DNA from: Ostreococcus lucimarinus
Taxonomy: Eukaryota
Length of the DNA: 64,000 bases
Assembly: GCA_000092065.1 (NCBI GenBank)
Contig: CP000595.1
Direction: 5' to 3' (one strand)
Both the position numbers and the translations under genes were made by a program. The first letter of the stretch is position 1; each line of letters begins with the position of its first letter. The notes beneath the pieces were generated by a model, which did no database searches, was not told the origin of the DNA, and saw only the letters and a program-made list of their open reading frames with translations. Shown here piece after piece: positions 9,301 to 18,501 of this stretch.

Positions 9301-11258
9301 AACCCAGTGCGAAAAACGCCGCGAATGCCAGTGTTGCGAGACGCGCATCGGATGCAATCACAAACTTAGCACACGAGAACAGTCGCATTAAAACGATGGT
9401 TCGAAATGCGAATGGCATCCCTCCTCTGGTCAATCTATTGGAATCGCAAGAGAAAAAAGTCCAGAAGGCTGCCGCTAGTGCGCTCAGAACTCTGGCTTTC
9501 AAAAATGGTGAAAATAAAAACCAAATTGTCGAGTGTGGCGCACTTCCGAAGCTCATTTTCATGGCTCGTTCAGAGGACGTAATGATTCACAAAGAAGCAA
9601 TTGGTGTGATTGGAAACTTGGTTCACTCTTCGCCGCACATCAAACGACGCGCCCTCGACGAAGGAGCGCTGCAACCCGTGATTGAATTGCTCAAGTCTCA
9701 GTGTTCCGAAACGCAGCGTGAGGCGGCGTTATTGCTTGGTCAGTTTGCCGCGCGCCTTGAGCCTGCAGCGCCGGGTGATCCAGACTATCGGACAAAAATA
9801 GTCCAGCGTGGAGCTGTAGAGCCGTTGATTAAAATGCTCGGCGGTCAATTTGTCTATCGTGAACCTGGTCTTCGAGAGATGGCAGCCTTTGCCCTCGGTC
9901 GACTTGCGCAACACGGGGATAATCAAGTCGGAATCTGCCATTCGGATGGATTACGGCCGTTGTTGACGTTACTCGAATCAGAGATAGAAGATATCGCCGA
10001 AGGACTTCGTCATCATAGCGCTTCCGGGAAGTCTGATCACGAGATCGATCTAGACGCCAAGCGCTTTGCTGAAAATTTGCAGCACAACGCTGCGTTTGCA
10101 CTCTATGGCCTAGCCGCGCATCAAGACAACGTGCCAAAGATGCTCAAAGAGAACGCCTTCATGCGGTTGAAATTTTCTCATCTCATCGCCGAACAGAGCA
10201 AACAATGTGTGAATAAAACGTTAAAGCGGCTCGAGGACGGAGTCAGCCGCAGAGATGTCTTGACTTATCTCGGTTTCGTCATAAGCACTGGCAAGCCAGT
10301 CGAACGTCAAAGAGTAACGCTCGCTCTGGCTTGGCTAATCAGGAAAGAAAACCAAGACTATCTGAAAGACATGCGCGCGGTTTTCATAGACAAAGGTGGT
10401 CTTGACGTCCTTTCTGGCGCTTTACTTGATACGCCGGCGGAGCCCATAGACTTTTCTGGGCATACGAGTGGTCTCGCCGGTGGCAAACGCATTGTAAACG
10501 TGATAATGGAGGCTCTGAGAGAGATTAAGGACAAGCTGGTGTCACAGGTTGTGGTGGAATCTCACATGATGCCGCCACCCTCGACGCCAACGGCCGAGGA
10601 GCATATGCCAGCGAACTTCAATGACCCCGAGCTTTCAGACGTGACGTTTATTGCTCGGGATGATGAAGGTGAAAAGCGAGAGTTCAATGCGCATAGAATC
10701 GCTTTTACGCACGCCTCTGATGCGTTCTTATCAACGCTCGAAGCGGGTAAAGCTGATGTCGACGTTTATCCCGCCACATACAAGGTTGACCTCGAAGACG
10801 TTTGTTGGAACGTGCTTGAGGCGATGATGGATTTCATTTACACGGGCACTGTCGGACCGATGTCCAGCCTCCGAGACCAGGCGTTTCTCCAGCATAGATG
10901 CGAGGACGTACTCTCCGCCACGACACGCTTCGACCTTCCCGGGCTCAAGTATTTGACCGAAAAACTTTTCATCGATAACGTGAAAATGGATACTTTCACA
11001 TTCGCGAGAACGTGTGCATTGTATCGCGCCGCCGTGGAGCACGACGCCGTGGCGATCCAGGACCACGTGCTGGGCTATGTTCTCGACAACTACGACAAAC
11101 CTTGGATTGACGACGATGTCACGATGAATTGTCTCACTTCATACAAAGCGCGCGTGAAAGACATCGTCGAATGCTTCGGGAAAGGCTTGGTGAAATACCT
11201 TGACAAACTGTTGCGCCGAGAGCGCGTCGCCGTCGTCGCGGACGCGCAAGACGAATGA
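6324..11258 (+). CDS. Large armadillo-repeat plus C-terminal BTB/POZ protein (ARIA/ABAP1-like architecture), 1644 aa; start uncertain
   Basis: ARM-like repeats at 9200-9900 (NGIPPLVNLLESQEKKVQKAAASALRTLAFKNGENKNQIVECGALPKLIFMARSEDVMIHKEAIGVIGNLV...). BTB domain near the C-terminus (DVTFIARDDEGEKREFNAHRIAFTHASDAFLSTLEAG...YKVDLEDVCWNVLEAMMDFIYTG). The body from about 6900 on is about 45-50% GC against about 70% in the flanks. The GC-rich low-complexity N-terminal 190 aa may be UTR. Confidence 0.7.
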   Translation: MTREERGSSAKKKRRTSTSSAKGESGATLDGQREARALGPWSTTARAREERARARAHASASASGKRTREEEEKGSFRGLFVDCRTVDDDAAFEAWEREMRAVGEALRECPCTEKDWESVGAMESAQGEGESDAWESEKIWLHKMSRIAFYDSQPLSETNAWPFASRTKKDATKSTVALFKASVSAFIAAKNTQRLAEVDWKLQENKLINSWKELLMTHTPRPGGLADVSCEFNVHVTALEQELAKRQNEGDKSDEFGRRIKHIKIMIQVLQSIKASFQYCATALYDTVFAPLRAFSSASITSENFESGVEFVSWASRSVMIASELCQTKDSYHVRMTRYTKHEFLNWSRKLLDFFYHHLSSVRGSHIVETLGSGSDCAELMQLIKCLPTMRLTLPCKGTSRRATYLSDTRFSDKFQRKLTRFALTVIGAAKSQLSQHTQTHKLGKFLFPEWIEHLVDTIEHNKSYTVKELAREILLSLDIANLLATRVEVLSVKSLIKLSDDELSVDDELSVDYDDDVKELKELLSWLRSILSVHPSKLRNVADLAKDLISVFGFCRLRRETHGDKVQKSGHDHSLESDICSIFACLAVSRDHDLDDEEKLKSCPCEMVKLRSEDARKMIQQLVMHEDHLDDVEAVILNMLTLDRTSMSASDTTIPSALAALTMLVRKNCVLRERFFKSGDTTNTLLEILECKNANVARITSACILSFEEHHRLVTSLYKPNVITDKKGEQVTEISGWDVDTIRQSLRAISALVKDSTVSSIGFDSAILEVICTDRRMLVLTNKIKATIEKKINKSMDYPNSRLCFPEALLEEWVFDLLCMRSDLLTQMATAVTNGGGDPWKNFKPKHEEFASFISREFEVANTDATIPPEAHAEWFQEVVTLVTTVQEKLKKDEEISDVCSILMDGDTDGPSSRVGIVVPILTLLHKCRILQEHNLISELEVEGISDIEKEACYVIGLLASKQGIQDRIASSFLIEGKNGIEQLIPLLQRYQPSAKNAANASVARRASDAITNLAHENSRIKTMVRNANGIPPLVNLLESQEKKVQKAAASALRTLAFKNGENKNQIVECGALPKLIFMARSEDVMIHKEAIGVIGNLVHSSPHIKRRALDEGALQPVIELLKSQCSETQREAALLLGQFAARLEPAAPGDPDYRTKIVQRGAVEPLIKMLGGQFVYREPGLREMAAFALGRLAQHGDNQVGICHSDGLRPLLTLLESEIEDIAEGLRHHSASGKSDHEIDLDAKRFAENLQHNAAFALYGLAAHQDNVPKMLKENAFMRLKFSHLIAEQSKQCVNKTLKRLEDGVSRRDVLTYLGFVISTGKPVERQRVTLALAWLIRKENQDYLKDMRAVFIDKGGLDVLSGALLDTPAEPIDFSGHTSGLAGGKRIVNVIMEALREIKDKLVSQVVVESHMMPPPSTPTAEEHMPANFNDPELSDVTFIARDDEGEKREFNAHRIAFTHASDAFLSTLEAGKADVDVYPATYKVDLEDVCWNVLEAMMDFIYTGTVGPMSSLRDQAFLQHRCEDVLSATTRFDLPGLKYLTEKLFIDNVKMDTFTFARTCALYRAAVEHDAVAIQDHVLGYVLDNYDKPWIDDDVTMNCLTSYKARVKDIVECFGKGLVKYLDKLLRRERVAVVADAQDE

Positions 11259-11417
11259 TGACAGCATTTGCACGCATCCTAACATTGTAAAACACACACG
11301 AACGATTCATAGTAGTGAATCTAGAACAACGAATTGAAGCAAATACTGCGTCTGATTACACAATTGGACTAAAATAATCTGCCGTCACCGCGCTACCTAA
11401 GGTTCGTCTCGTCCCGC

Positions 11418-11645
11418 TTAAGAAATGATCAGCGCCTTCTTGAGCAAAGCACCCACGGTCTCCGACGGTTGCGCACCCTTGGCGATCCAATCCTTGATCG
11501 CCGGCGCATCCAAAGAGGATTGCTTGCGGATCGGATCGTACCACCCCAACTGTTGGATTGGCAAACCGTCGCGGCGCGCGCGCGAGTCGATGGCGATGAT
11601 GCGATAAAACGGTTCCTTCTTGCGACCCATGCGAGTGAATCGAAT
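11418..11645 (-). CDS. RPS16: Bacterial-type (organellar) ribosomal protein S16, 3' exon; a short 5' exon encoding the first residues is not placed
   Basis: [39 protein letters not shown]...[20 protein letters not shown] matches bS16 ([25 protein letters not shown]...GFYNP...GAQPS). The in-frame codons IRFTR lie upstream of the track's ATG and abut TAG at 11646-11648, which forms an AG acceptor (gatatag|ATT) with an ACTGAC branch 28 nt upstream. Confidence 0.65.
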   Translation of the reverse strand: MRFTRMGRKKEPFYRIIAIDSRARRDGLPIQQLGWYDPIRKQSSLDAPAIKDWIAKGAQPSETVGALLKKALIIS

Positions 11646-12390
11646 CTATATCGCGTCGTAATCGCGCAAACTCGTCAGTCTCCCGTTCACACTCCCGTTC
11701 ACTCCTCGTTCTCGACTCTCCTTCGCGTCTTTCGCGTTCGAAATCCCCATCCTCGCGTTCGTCTCCCCGAGGTCAAGCCCTGAGGAAATAGGGTTCCTCC
11801 CTCCCTCGCATCTCGCGCGACGTACCGCAACTCTGTTCTCCACGCGCAGCGCCGCGCGAGCGCCCGTGATGGTTCTCTTTTCAACCTATCGTCGCGCGCA
11901 TCCACCGTCCGTCGTCAGTCGTCGCGTTCGCGTCCTCGTCGTCCGCCGTCGCCGCGACCCCACCCATCGTCGACGGCGTCGCGCGATTCGGTCGTCCCGC
12001 GTCCCGCCGTCGCGCTTCGCGCGCCGCCGCGTCGTCGTCGTCGTCTCGACGATTCAATTTTACGCGACGCTCGCGCACCTTGCTCTGCACGCGCGCGCCG
12101 CCGACGAGGGCGGCGCTGAACGTGAACGTGCTCGCGCTCATGACGGACGCGGTGTGCCGCGACGACGCGCGCGGGGGCGCTCGACGCGCGACGGGCTGTT
12201 GGTGGCGTGCGATCGCATCGCGCCCGATGCGCGTCCGTCATGGGATCTCTCGCGCGCGGAATACGCGATCCCGACGCCTGCGCTCAAAAAATGCGAAAAC
12301 GAGACGTCACACGGACCGCGAACCCTCGCGCTCGAGGTCGCGCGATCGCGCTCGACGCGGCCTCTTTCGTCGACGCGCGCGCGACTCACG

Positions 12391-12573
12391 ATGATCAACG
12401 CCGACGGTGAAAATGTGGACCTGTACATCCCGAGAAAGTGCTCGTGGACGAACCGCCTGATCACGGCGAAGGATAAGGCGTCGGTGCAGCTGAACGTCGG
12501 GCATCTCGACGCGAACGGGGTGTACGACGGACGGTACACGACGGTCGCGCTCGCGGGTTACGTGCGAAGCAAG
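12391..12573 (+). CDS. RPS21: 40S ribosomal protein S21e exon 1; the gene is join(12391..12573,12873..12938)
   Basis: [61 protein letters not shown] matches S21e ([32 protein letters not shown].NV). The exon ends at AAG|gtgcgtgcg. Confidence 0.8.
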
Positions 12574-12872
12574 GTGCGTGCGCGCGCTCGATGCGATGGG
12601 GAAGAAATGTTTGCGTCGCCCGGGCGCGGGCGGCGGCGATGGGGGTCGACGATGCGCGCGCGACGCGGCGATCGCGCGGTGGTCGAGCGAGGCTAGGGCT
12701 TTTGAGCGCGCGCGCGGGCGACGAGGCGGGGCGCAGGACGTCGAGTGGGGGCGACGAGGCGCGTTTGGGATGGTTAAGGCGCGAAGCGGAGAGATCGCGC
12801 GCGTGGTGCGCGTGATGCGTCGTGCGAACGCGTGTACTGACGAATCGACGCTCGTTTGTTTCCCGCGAATAG

Positions 12873-12938
12873 GGCGAATCCGACTCCGCCATCGACTTGC
12901 TCTGGCAAAAGAAGAAGGCGGCCATCAACCAAGCGTAA
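12873..12938 (+). CDS. RPS21: 40S ribosomal protein S21e exon 2 (GESDSAIDLLWQKKKAAINQA*)
   Basis: Acceptor cccgcgaatag|GGC with a TACTGAC branch at 12834. Matches the S21e C-terminus GESDDSILRLAK. TAA at 12936-12938. Total 82 aa. Confidence 0.75.
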   Translation, partial: GESDSAIDLLWQKKKAAINQA

Positions 12939-13333
12939 GCGTTCCTGAATGCGTGCTTCATTCGATGGTTAGCGGAGGGTGTGGCGACGATGATAGACGA
13001 GACCAGACCGGCGACGAGCTGGATATAGACTTTGCAAACCAATCACAGGTTTCTTACATTTGAGCGCGGAGACGGCTCCTCGCATCGCGACGAACGCGCC
13101 TCCTCGCGACGAACGCGCTTCGCTTCGCTCGTCGTCATCGTTGTTCGCATCACGCGTGCGTTATTTTTCTGTTCCCACGTCATTATTACAAGTTTTATTT
13201 GCCCCCATTCTCGTCCCGAGCCTCGTTTCGAGCGCGCGCGCCGCTCCGCGCGCGCTCGCGTCCGTCGTCGCCTCGACGTCGACGCACGGTCGTCGTCGTC
13301 GATCGAAGTCGTCGATGTCTGTCATCCCTCGAC

Positions 13334-13771
13334 TCAGTCTCGCTTCAACATGTTCTTCAATCCCCCGGTCGTGCTCGTGCCCCAGAGCAACAGCGCGACG
13401 TTCACGGCGACTTGCAGCTTCCAGGTCTGCGCCACGAATTCCACCGTCTGCCGCCTCGCGTACGTGACGCGCGCGCAGTCGTAGAACATTTTCAGCGTGA
13501 AGGCGTGGAACGCGTTGCACTGCTTGGCGAACACGGCGTTGGACGTGCCCAAACGCTTGCCCAGGACGAGGATTAAAAATCCGAGTCCAGTCATGCGGGC
13601 GAAGAACCCGCTCTGCGTCGTCGCCGCGCCGACGGCGTTGAAGTAACGCAACGGCATGACGCCCGCGGTGGCGCTCCAGAATTTGTCCGGGTTGAGAAAC
13701 AGCGTCACGCCGAACAGCGTGAAGTAGTGCTGCATCGCGGTCGCGTACTGATCGACGTTACGGAAATTCAT
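13334..13771 (-). CDS. Hypothetical small multi-pass membrane protein, 145 aa; function not recognised
   Basis: The track start at 13801 is TTG; the first ATG gives MNFRNVDQYATAMQHYFTLFGVTLFLNPDKFW... Three or four hydrophobic segments and normal amino-acid complexity. Lower GC. Confidence 0.4.
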   Translation of the reverse strand: MNFRNVDQYATAMQHYFTLFGVTLFLNPDKFWSATAGVMPLRYFNAVGAATTQSGFFARMTGLGFLILVLGKRLGTSNAVFAKQCNAFHAFTLKMFYDCARVTYARRQTVEFVAQTWKLQVAVNVALLLWGTSTTGGLKNMLKRD

Positions 13772-14078
13772 CGTTGTTGTTCGTGTCGGTTCCGAGAGCA
13801 AGGGTGCGACGGTGCGTTGTCGCGCGACGTGGAATGGCGACGCGGGAATCGAATCGAATCGCGACGTTTCGTTTTCGCGGATCGAGATTATAAACTTTTT
13901 TTGATGGGTGTTTCATGATGTATTATGCGCGTTTGTAATCACTTTTCGTGTAAAGCTCGCACGAGGGGAAAGACGACGACGTGGCGCCGAATGCCAGCTG
14001 GCACCGGGCCGCGGGTCGAAAGGTTCGTGTTTGAATCGTGTCTGAATGTTCCGACGCGTCCATCGCGTCGCCCGTTCG

Positions 14079-15665
14079 TCACGGCGAAGGGCGCGCTTTT
14101 TTCGCGCGACCAGGCGAGAACATGCTCGAGAGGAAATTCTTCCTTCGCGGCGGCGTCGTTCGGGCGAAGACGTCGGTTTTCGCCGCGTCTGCGTCGATGG
14201 GTTTCAACGCGACGTCGTCGTCATCGATTAAATCGATCGTCAGCACATCACGACTGTCGACGGCGTTTTCGACGGCATTTGAGATGGGGACGGCGTCGAC
14301 GTTGACGGCGGCCAACGCGTCGTCGTCCAATTCGTCATCTTCAAACGTCGGTGCTTCAAAGACTGGTTTTTTTTTGGGTGAAACAACTTTCGTCAAGAAG
14401 TTCATCATGAACGAACGCTGCGCCGAGGTACCTTGAGCTGCCTTGCCTCGCCTGTCGCCAATTTTCAGCGTCGTCTTCTTCGCCGCTCGCCGTGGCGATT
14501 CAATCTTAAATTTCTGGCGGGTGATAGGGTTTAATTCACCTTCCGCTATGCGCCTCGCTTCATCGTCATCGAATTTCGGCCCGAGAAAACTCAAATCGTT
14601 CGCGAACTCGCAATGCTCGGGAACCGGCGTGAGGTGTCGAAGCGCGCCGGCGTGGGGGTCCCACACCAACGCGTGCTTGAAAATCATTCGTGCCTTTCTC
14701 CACTCCACTTCGTACCCTTCCGCGATCAAATCCTTAATTTTTTCATTCGCCCTCAATTCGGCGAACACCGCGTCGACACATCGATGTTTGTTCAAAATAT
14801 TGTACATTTTTTTGATACCCAAGCCGCGAATGTTGTCCAAGAAATCGCACCCCGACAACACGCACAAGCTTAGAAATAATTCGTAGTCCCACCCAGTGAA
14901 ATCCAGCGGCGGCGGACCTTTGCTTTTCGGTTTATTCGCTCGCCCGATCGCGTTGTCGTCGACGTTTTCATCGCTCGGCGTTTCCGTAGTCGTCGTCGTC
15001 GTCGCGCGCGCGGCGCCTTCAAACAAACTCGCCAACCTCAGCTCCTTCGCATCGCCGGATTTTTCCAACTTAAACACTACGCGCGGACACCCGTACGCCA
15101 CGAGATCGGAATCTTCCGTGAACACTAAATCTACCCCCCCCCGTTCCTTCGCCGTGAGAGCGAGCGACGCAATCGTCGCGTCAGCCTCGTACGGCGCGAC
15201 GACGAACTCGAATTTCTCCCTCTTCAGCGCCACGATCAGCTCCCTCGCCATCTCCGGCGTCACATCGATCGCCCCCGAAAACGCCCGAAACGCTCCCTCC
15301 TTATCGCCCGCCGCGCGCGCCCGCTCTCCTCGCTCCAACAGCGCCGCCCGTCGCTCGCGTCTCGCGCGTTCCTCGCCTCGCTTCGCCGGCGCTCTGTCGC
15401 CGTCGAACACGATCACCGGTTCGATCCCGTGATGCCTCAGCATGTTCGCTCGGTGCACGGCGTATTTCACGTACGGCGCCGTCGCGCCCGGTCGTCGCTC
15501 CCACGCGCGATCGCCTCCGGGCGCGAGCGCGTCGACGCACCCGAACGCGCCCTTGTGCAGCCAGCTGTAGGCGTCCACCGCGCATCGCGTGCCGGGCGCG
15601 TATTCACCGACGTGCACGCGCTCGCAGTACGGCTCGAGGACGGCGGGCAGGCCCTTGATGCCCAT
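14079..15665 (-). CDS. EXO1: Exonuclease 1 (XPG/Rad2 family 5'-3' exonuclease)
   Basis: MGIKGLPAVLEPYCERVHVGEYAPGTRCAVDAYSWLHKGAFGC is the XPG-N domain. VVAPYEADATIASLA...VFTEDSDLVAYGC is XPG-I. GWDYELFLSLCVLSGCDFLDNIRGLGIKK is the H3TH region. Colinear with EXO1. ATG at 15663-15665; the upstream 45 aa of the track ORF are discarded. Confidence 0.8.
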   Translation of the reverse strand: MGIKGLPAVLEPYCERVHVGEYAPGTRCAVDAYSWLHKGAFGCVDALAPGGDRAWERRPGATAPYVKYAVHRANMLRHHGIEPVIVFDGDRAPAKRGEERARRERRAALLERGERARAAGDKEGAFRAFSGAIDVTPEMARELIVALKREKFEFVVAPYEADATIASLALTAKERGGVDLVFTEDSDLVAYGCPRVVFKLEKSGDAKELRLASLFEGAARATTTTTTETPSDENVDDNAIGRANKPKSKGPPPLDFTGWDYELFLSLCVLSGCDFLDNIRGLGIKKMYNILNKHRCVDAVFAELRANEKIKDLIAEGYEVEWRKARMIFKHALVWDPHAGALRHLTPVPEHCEFANDLSFLGPKFDDDEARRIAEGELNPITRQKFKIESPRRAAKKTTLKIGDRRGKAAQGTSAQRSFMMNFLTKVVSPKKKPVFEAPTFEDDELDDDALAAVNVDAVPISNAVENAVDSRDVLTIDLIDDDDVALKPIDADAAKTDVFARTTPPRRKNFLSSMFSPGRAKKARPSP

Positions 15666-15971
15666 GCGGCGCGTTCGAACGCGCGCGTCGCGCGGTGCCG
15701 ACGACCGGCGTCGCGACAGCCGGGACGCGCGTTCGAACGCGCGACGCGCGAGAGATATTTCGCGTCGGACTGTTTGCGCGTACGTGCGGTCGGTCGCCAC
15801 GAATCCGTCTCACGTCGCGCAAAATATACACACGGACGCAAACGCGATTCCGCCGGCGGCGGCGCCGCGCGCCTCGCGACGACGCGCGACGGACGCGCGC
15901 GCGCGCGAACGCGGCGCGGATCGCTCGATACGCGAATTCCGCGACGTCGATAACGCGGCGAGGCGCGAAAC

Positions 15972-16127
15972 ATGGCGAAGACGCGACGGAGAAAGCGACG
16001 AACGCACGTGGACGCGGACGCGGGCGGCGGGAGCAAAGGCAAAGACGCGGACGCGCCGCGGACGTTCGTGTTCACGCGAGGACGCATGGCGGACGCGGTG
16101 AAGGATCTGAGCGAGGATTTGCGAAAG
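15972..16127 (+). CDS. PPAN: SSF1/PPAN (Peter Pan) Brix-domain ribosome-biogenesis protein, exon 1; the gene is join(15972..16127,16237..17313)
   Basis: MAKTRRRKRRTHV...PRTFVFTRGRMADAVKDLSEDLRK is the Brix N-terminus. Donor AAG|gtgcgg at 16128. Confidence 0.7.
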
Positions 16128-16236
16128 GTGCGGGAAATCGGGGCGAGAGGAGAGGACGCGATCGGGGGAGATGGGGACGCGAGCGCGGCGAGCGAGGAGG
16201 AACGCGCGGACTGACGAGCGACGACGCGCGACGCAG

Positions 16237-17313
16237 GTGATGGAACCGCACACGGCGCGGAATTTGAAGGAATCGAAGAGCAATAAGTTGAAAGATTTCG
16301 TGCAAGTATCCGGACCGCTGGGGATTTCGCACTTTTTGATGCTCAGTTCGTCGGACGCGTCCAAGTATTTCAAGATTTGTCGAACGCCGAGAGGGCCGAC
16401 GTTGACGTTTAAGATTCATTCGTTTTCCCTGTCGAACGAGGTCGCAGCGACGCAAAAGAACCCGAGGAATCCAGCGAAGGCGTTTTTGTCGCCTCCGCTC
16501 GTGATTTTAAATAACTTTGGCGATGAAGCGCATCAAAAGTTGGCGACGATTACGTTTCAGAATATGTTTCCGCCTATCAACGTGCGCAAGGTGAAGCTTT
16601 CAACGTGTCAGCGCGCCGTGCTCGTGGATTACGACGCCAAGACGAAAAGATTTCAGTTTCGTCACTACAGCATCAACGCCGCGCCCGTGGGGGCGAATAA
16701 AAAATTGAAGAAGCTCTTACAGTCGAGAAACGCGCCCGATTTGGGGGACACGCAAGACGTGAGCGAATTTTTCGACAAGAGAGTCGGCGACGCGAGCGAT
16801 AGCGAAGGCTCCGACGACGAAAGTCGACGAGTGCACTTGACGCAGGACTTCAATCGCGTCGCTCACGCCGACAGCACGTCCAAGATTATCCTCAACGAAA
16901 TCGGTCCTCGCATGGAACTCGAGCTCGTCAAGGTCGAGGAAGGCATGTGCGACGGCCGCGTGTTATACCACGCCTACGTCAAGAAAACCGCGGAAGAGGT
17001 CAAAACTCTCGAGCAGAAAAAGGTCGAGCGCGAAAAGTTACGAAAACGCCGACGAGTAGAGCAAGAAGCGAACGTCAAGCGCAAGGCGCGCGAGAAGGAA
17101 ATCAAAGCGGACGCCGAGCGCGCCCGTCAAGGCAAATCCAAAAAGAAATCCTCCGCCGTGGACGAGTTCGGGAACGTCCGCGACGTCGAGGGTGAGGCAG
17201 AAGACGACGCCAAGTGGGCCGCCGCGTTCGAACGCGAAGAAAAAGAATGGCGAGAGGGCGACGTGTACGACGAGCGTTCCGGAAAGACAAAGCGTAAACG
17301 CCACGGCGACTAG
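16237..17313 (+). CDS. PPAN: SSF1/PPAN Brix-domain protein, exon 2
   Basis: Acceptor gacgcag|GTGATGGAA after a GACTGAC at 16209. VMEPHTARNLKESKSNKLKDFVQVSGPLGISHFLMLS...TPRGPTLTFKIHSFSL continues the Brix domain in frame with exon 1. K/E/R-rich C-terminal tail. Confidence 0.75.
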   Translation: MMEPHTARNLKESKSNKLKDFVQVSGPLGISHFLMLSSSDASKYFKICRTPRGPTLTFKIHSFSLSNEVAATQKNPRNPAKAFLSPPLVILNNFGDEAHQKLATITFQNMFPPINVRKVKLSTCQRAVLVDYDAKTKRFQFRHYSINAAPVGANKKLKKLLQSRNAPDLGDTQDVSEFFDKRVGDASDSEGSDDESRRVHLTQDFNRVAHADSTSKIILNEIGPRMELELVKVEEGMCDGRVLYHAYVKKTAEEVKTLEQKKVEREKLRKRRRVEQEANVKRKAREKEIKADAERARQGKSKKKSSAVDEFGNVRDVEGEAEDDAKWAAAFEREEKEWREGDVYDERSGKTKRKRHGD

Positions 17314-17456
17314 CGCCGCGACGCCGCCTCACCGTCACCAGTGTGTTGTAAACGTATCCATTAGCACATCGTTCCATTTCCCAATTCACCATCTTTAACG
17401 ATTGCGTCGTCGTCGTTTCGCCGTCCATCTGACCGCCCTCGTTTCGCTTTCAATGC

Positions 17457-17465
17457 TTAGGGTTT
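17457..17465. promoter_or_regulatory. Perfect telo-box TTAGGGTTT about 500 bp upstream of ribosomal protein P1
   Basis: gcTTAGGGTTTgag at 17457-17465, between the SSF1 3' end and the RPLP1 start. Confidence 0.4.
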
Positions 17466-17968
17466 GAGCTGGAGTTTTCCTACGAGAGCGCCCGCGCGCG
17501 GTGCGATCGACCTCTTTCGTCGGCTCGATACGCTAAGGCGCGAACACACGCGCGGCTACGAAACAAGCACACACAAGTAAACAAAACGTACGTTCACGCG
17601 CCCGCACGTGCGTCGCGCTGCACGCGTCGCACGCGCGACGCCGAGGCGAAGATCGCGCGCGCGTTGAAAACCCCAAAACGCATCGACGAACGATCTTCGT
17701 CGCGCGCTGGCTCAACGTTCGCGCCCTTCGACGGCGTCGAGCGATGACGATCGTGACGATATATTTCGTTCGCGTTCGTTCGCGCGCGGTGTCGGCGATC
17801 GCGCGTCGCACGGCATAGAAAGCGAGGACGCCGCGACGTCGCTATGGGTGTTCGAACCGCGACGTCGAGGGGGTCATCGAGGTCGACGCGCGAAGGCGGC
17901 GCGCGAGCGATGGGCTTGAGAGAACGAAAGACTGACGAAAGAATGTGTTTCGCTGGAACAGAAATAAA

Positions 17969-18283
17969 ATGTCTGGTGATCTCGCGTGCACGTACGCGGC
18001 TCTCATCCTCCACGATGACGGTCAAGAGGTGACGGCTGACAAGATCAGCGCTGTCGTCTCTGCGAGCGGGTTGGAGCTCGAACCGTACTGGTCCGGTTTG
18101 TTCGCCAAGTTCCTCGAGCAAAAGTCCGTGGGTGACCTCATCTCCAACGTCGGCGCTGGTGGCGGCGGCGGTGGCGGCGGCGGCGCGGCTGCGGGCGGCG
18201 ACGCCGGCGGCGACGCGGCTGCTGCTGCTCCGGAAGAAGAAGAAGAAGAAGAAGCCGAAATGGACTTCGACTTGTTCGATTAA
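17969..18283 (+). CDS. RPLP1: 60S acidic ribosomal protein P1
   Basis: MSGDLACTYAALILHDDGQEVTADKISAVVSASGLELEPYWSGLFAKFL...Gly/Ala hinge...EEEEEEAEMDFDLFD*. Canonical P1, including the C-terminal (M/F)DFDLFD. Confidence 0.85.
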   Translation: MSGDLACTYAALILHDDGQEVTADKISAVVSASGLELEPYWSGLFAKFLEQKSVGDLISNVGAGGGGGGGGGAAAGGDAGGDAAAAAPEEEEEEEAEMDFDLFD

Positions 18284-18501
18284 TCTTCTGAAACGTCACA
18301 CGGCGATGAAGCGACCGGCTTCGCTGATGAACGATTTTAGGCTTAGCTCTATAAAGGCTTTCACGCTTTCCGCGACGCGTTTCGTTGTAACGGCGTGAAA
18401 TCTCAAATCGTTTTAACCTCTTTGCGCCACACGTTGAGTAAAATACTATTACAATCGCTGAAAAGATGCGTGGGTGGCGCGGTACTAGTGTACAAAACCA
18501 T

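Noticed and set aside
12461-13042. 193-aa minus ORF (MVCKVYIQLVAGLVSS...).
   Set aside because: It is antisense to RPS21e exon 2, which has strong homology. Only the first about 60 aa look protein-like.
17821-17880. GGGTGTTCGAACCGCGACG with palindromic flanks, resembling a tRNA T-arm.
   Set aside because: No acceptor stem, anticodon arm or CCA-compatible 3' end can be folded. It is probably a chance GTTCGAA match.
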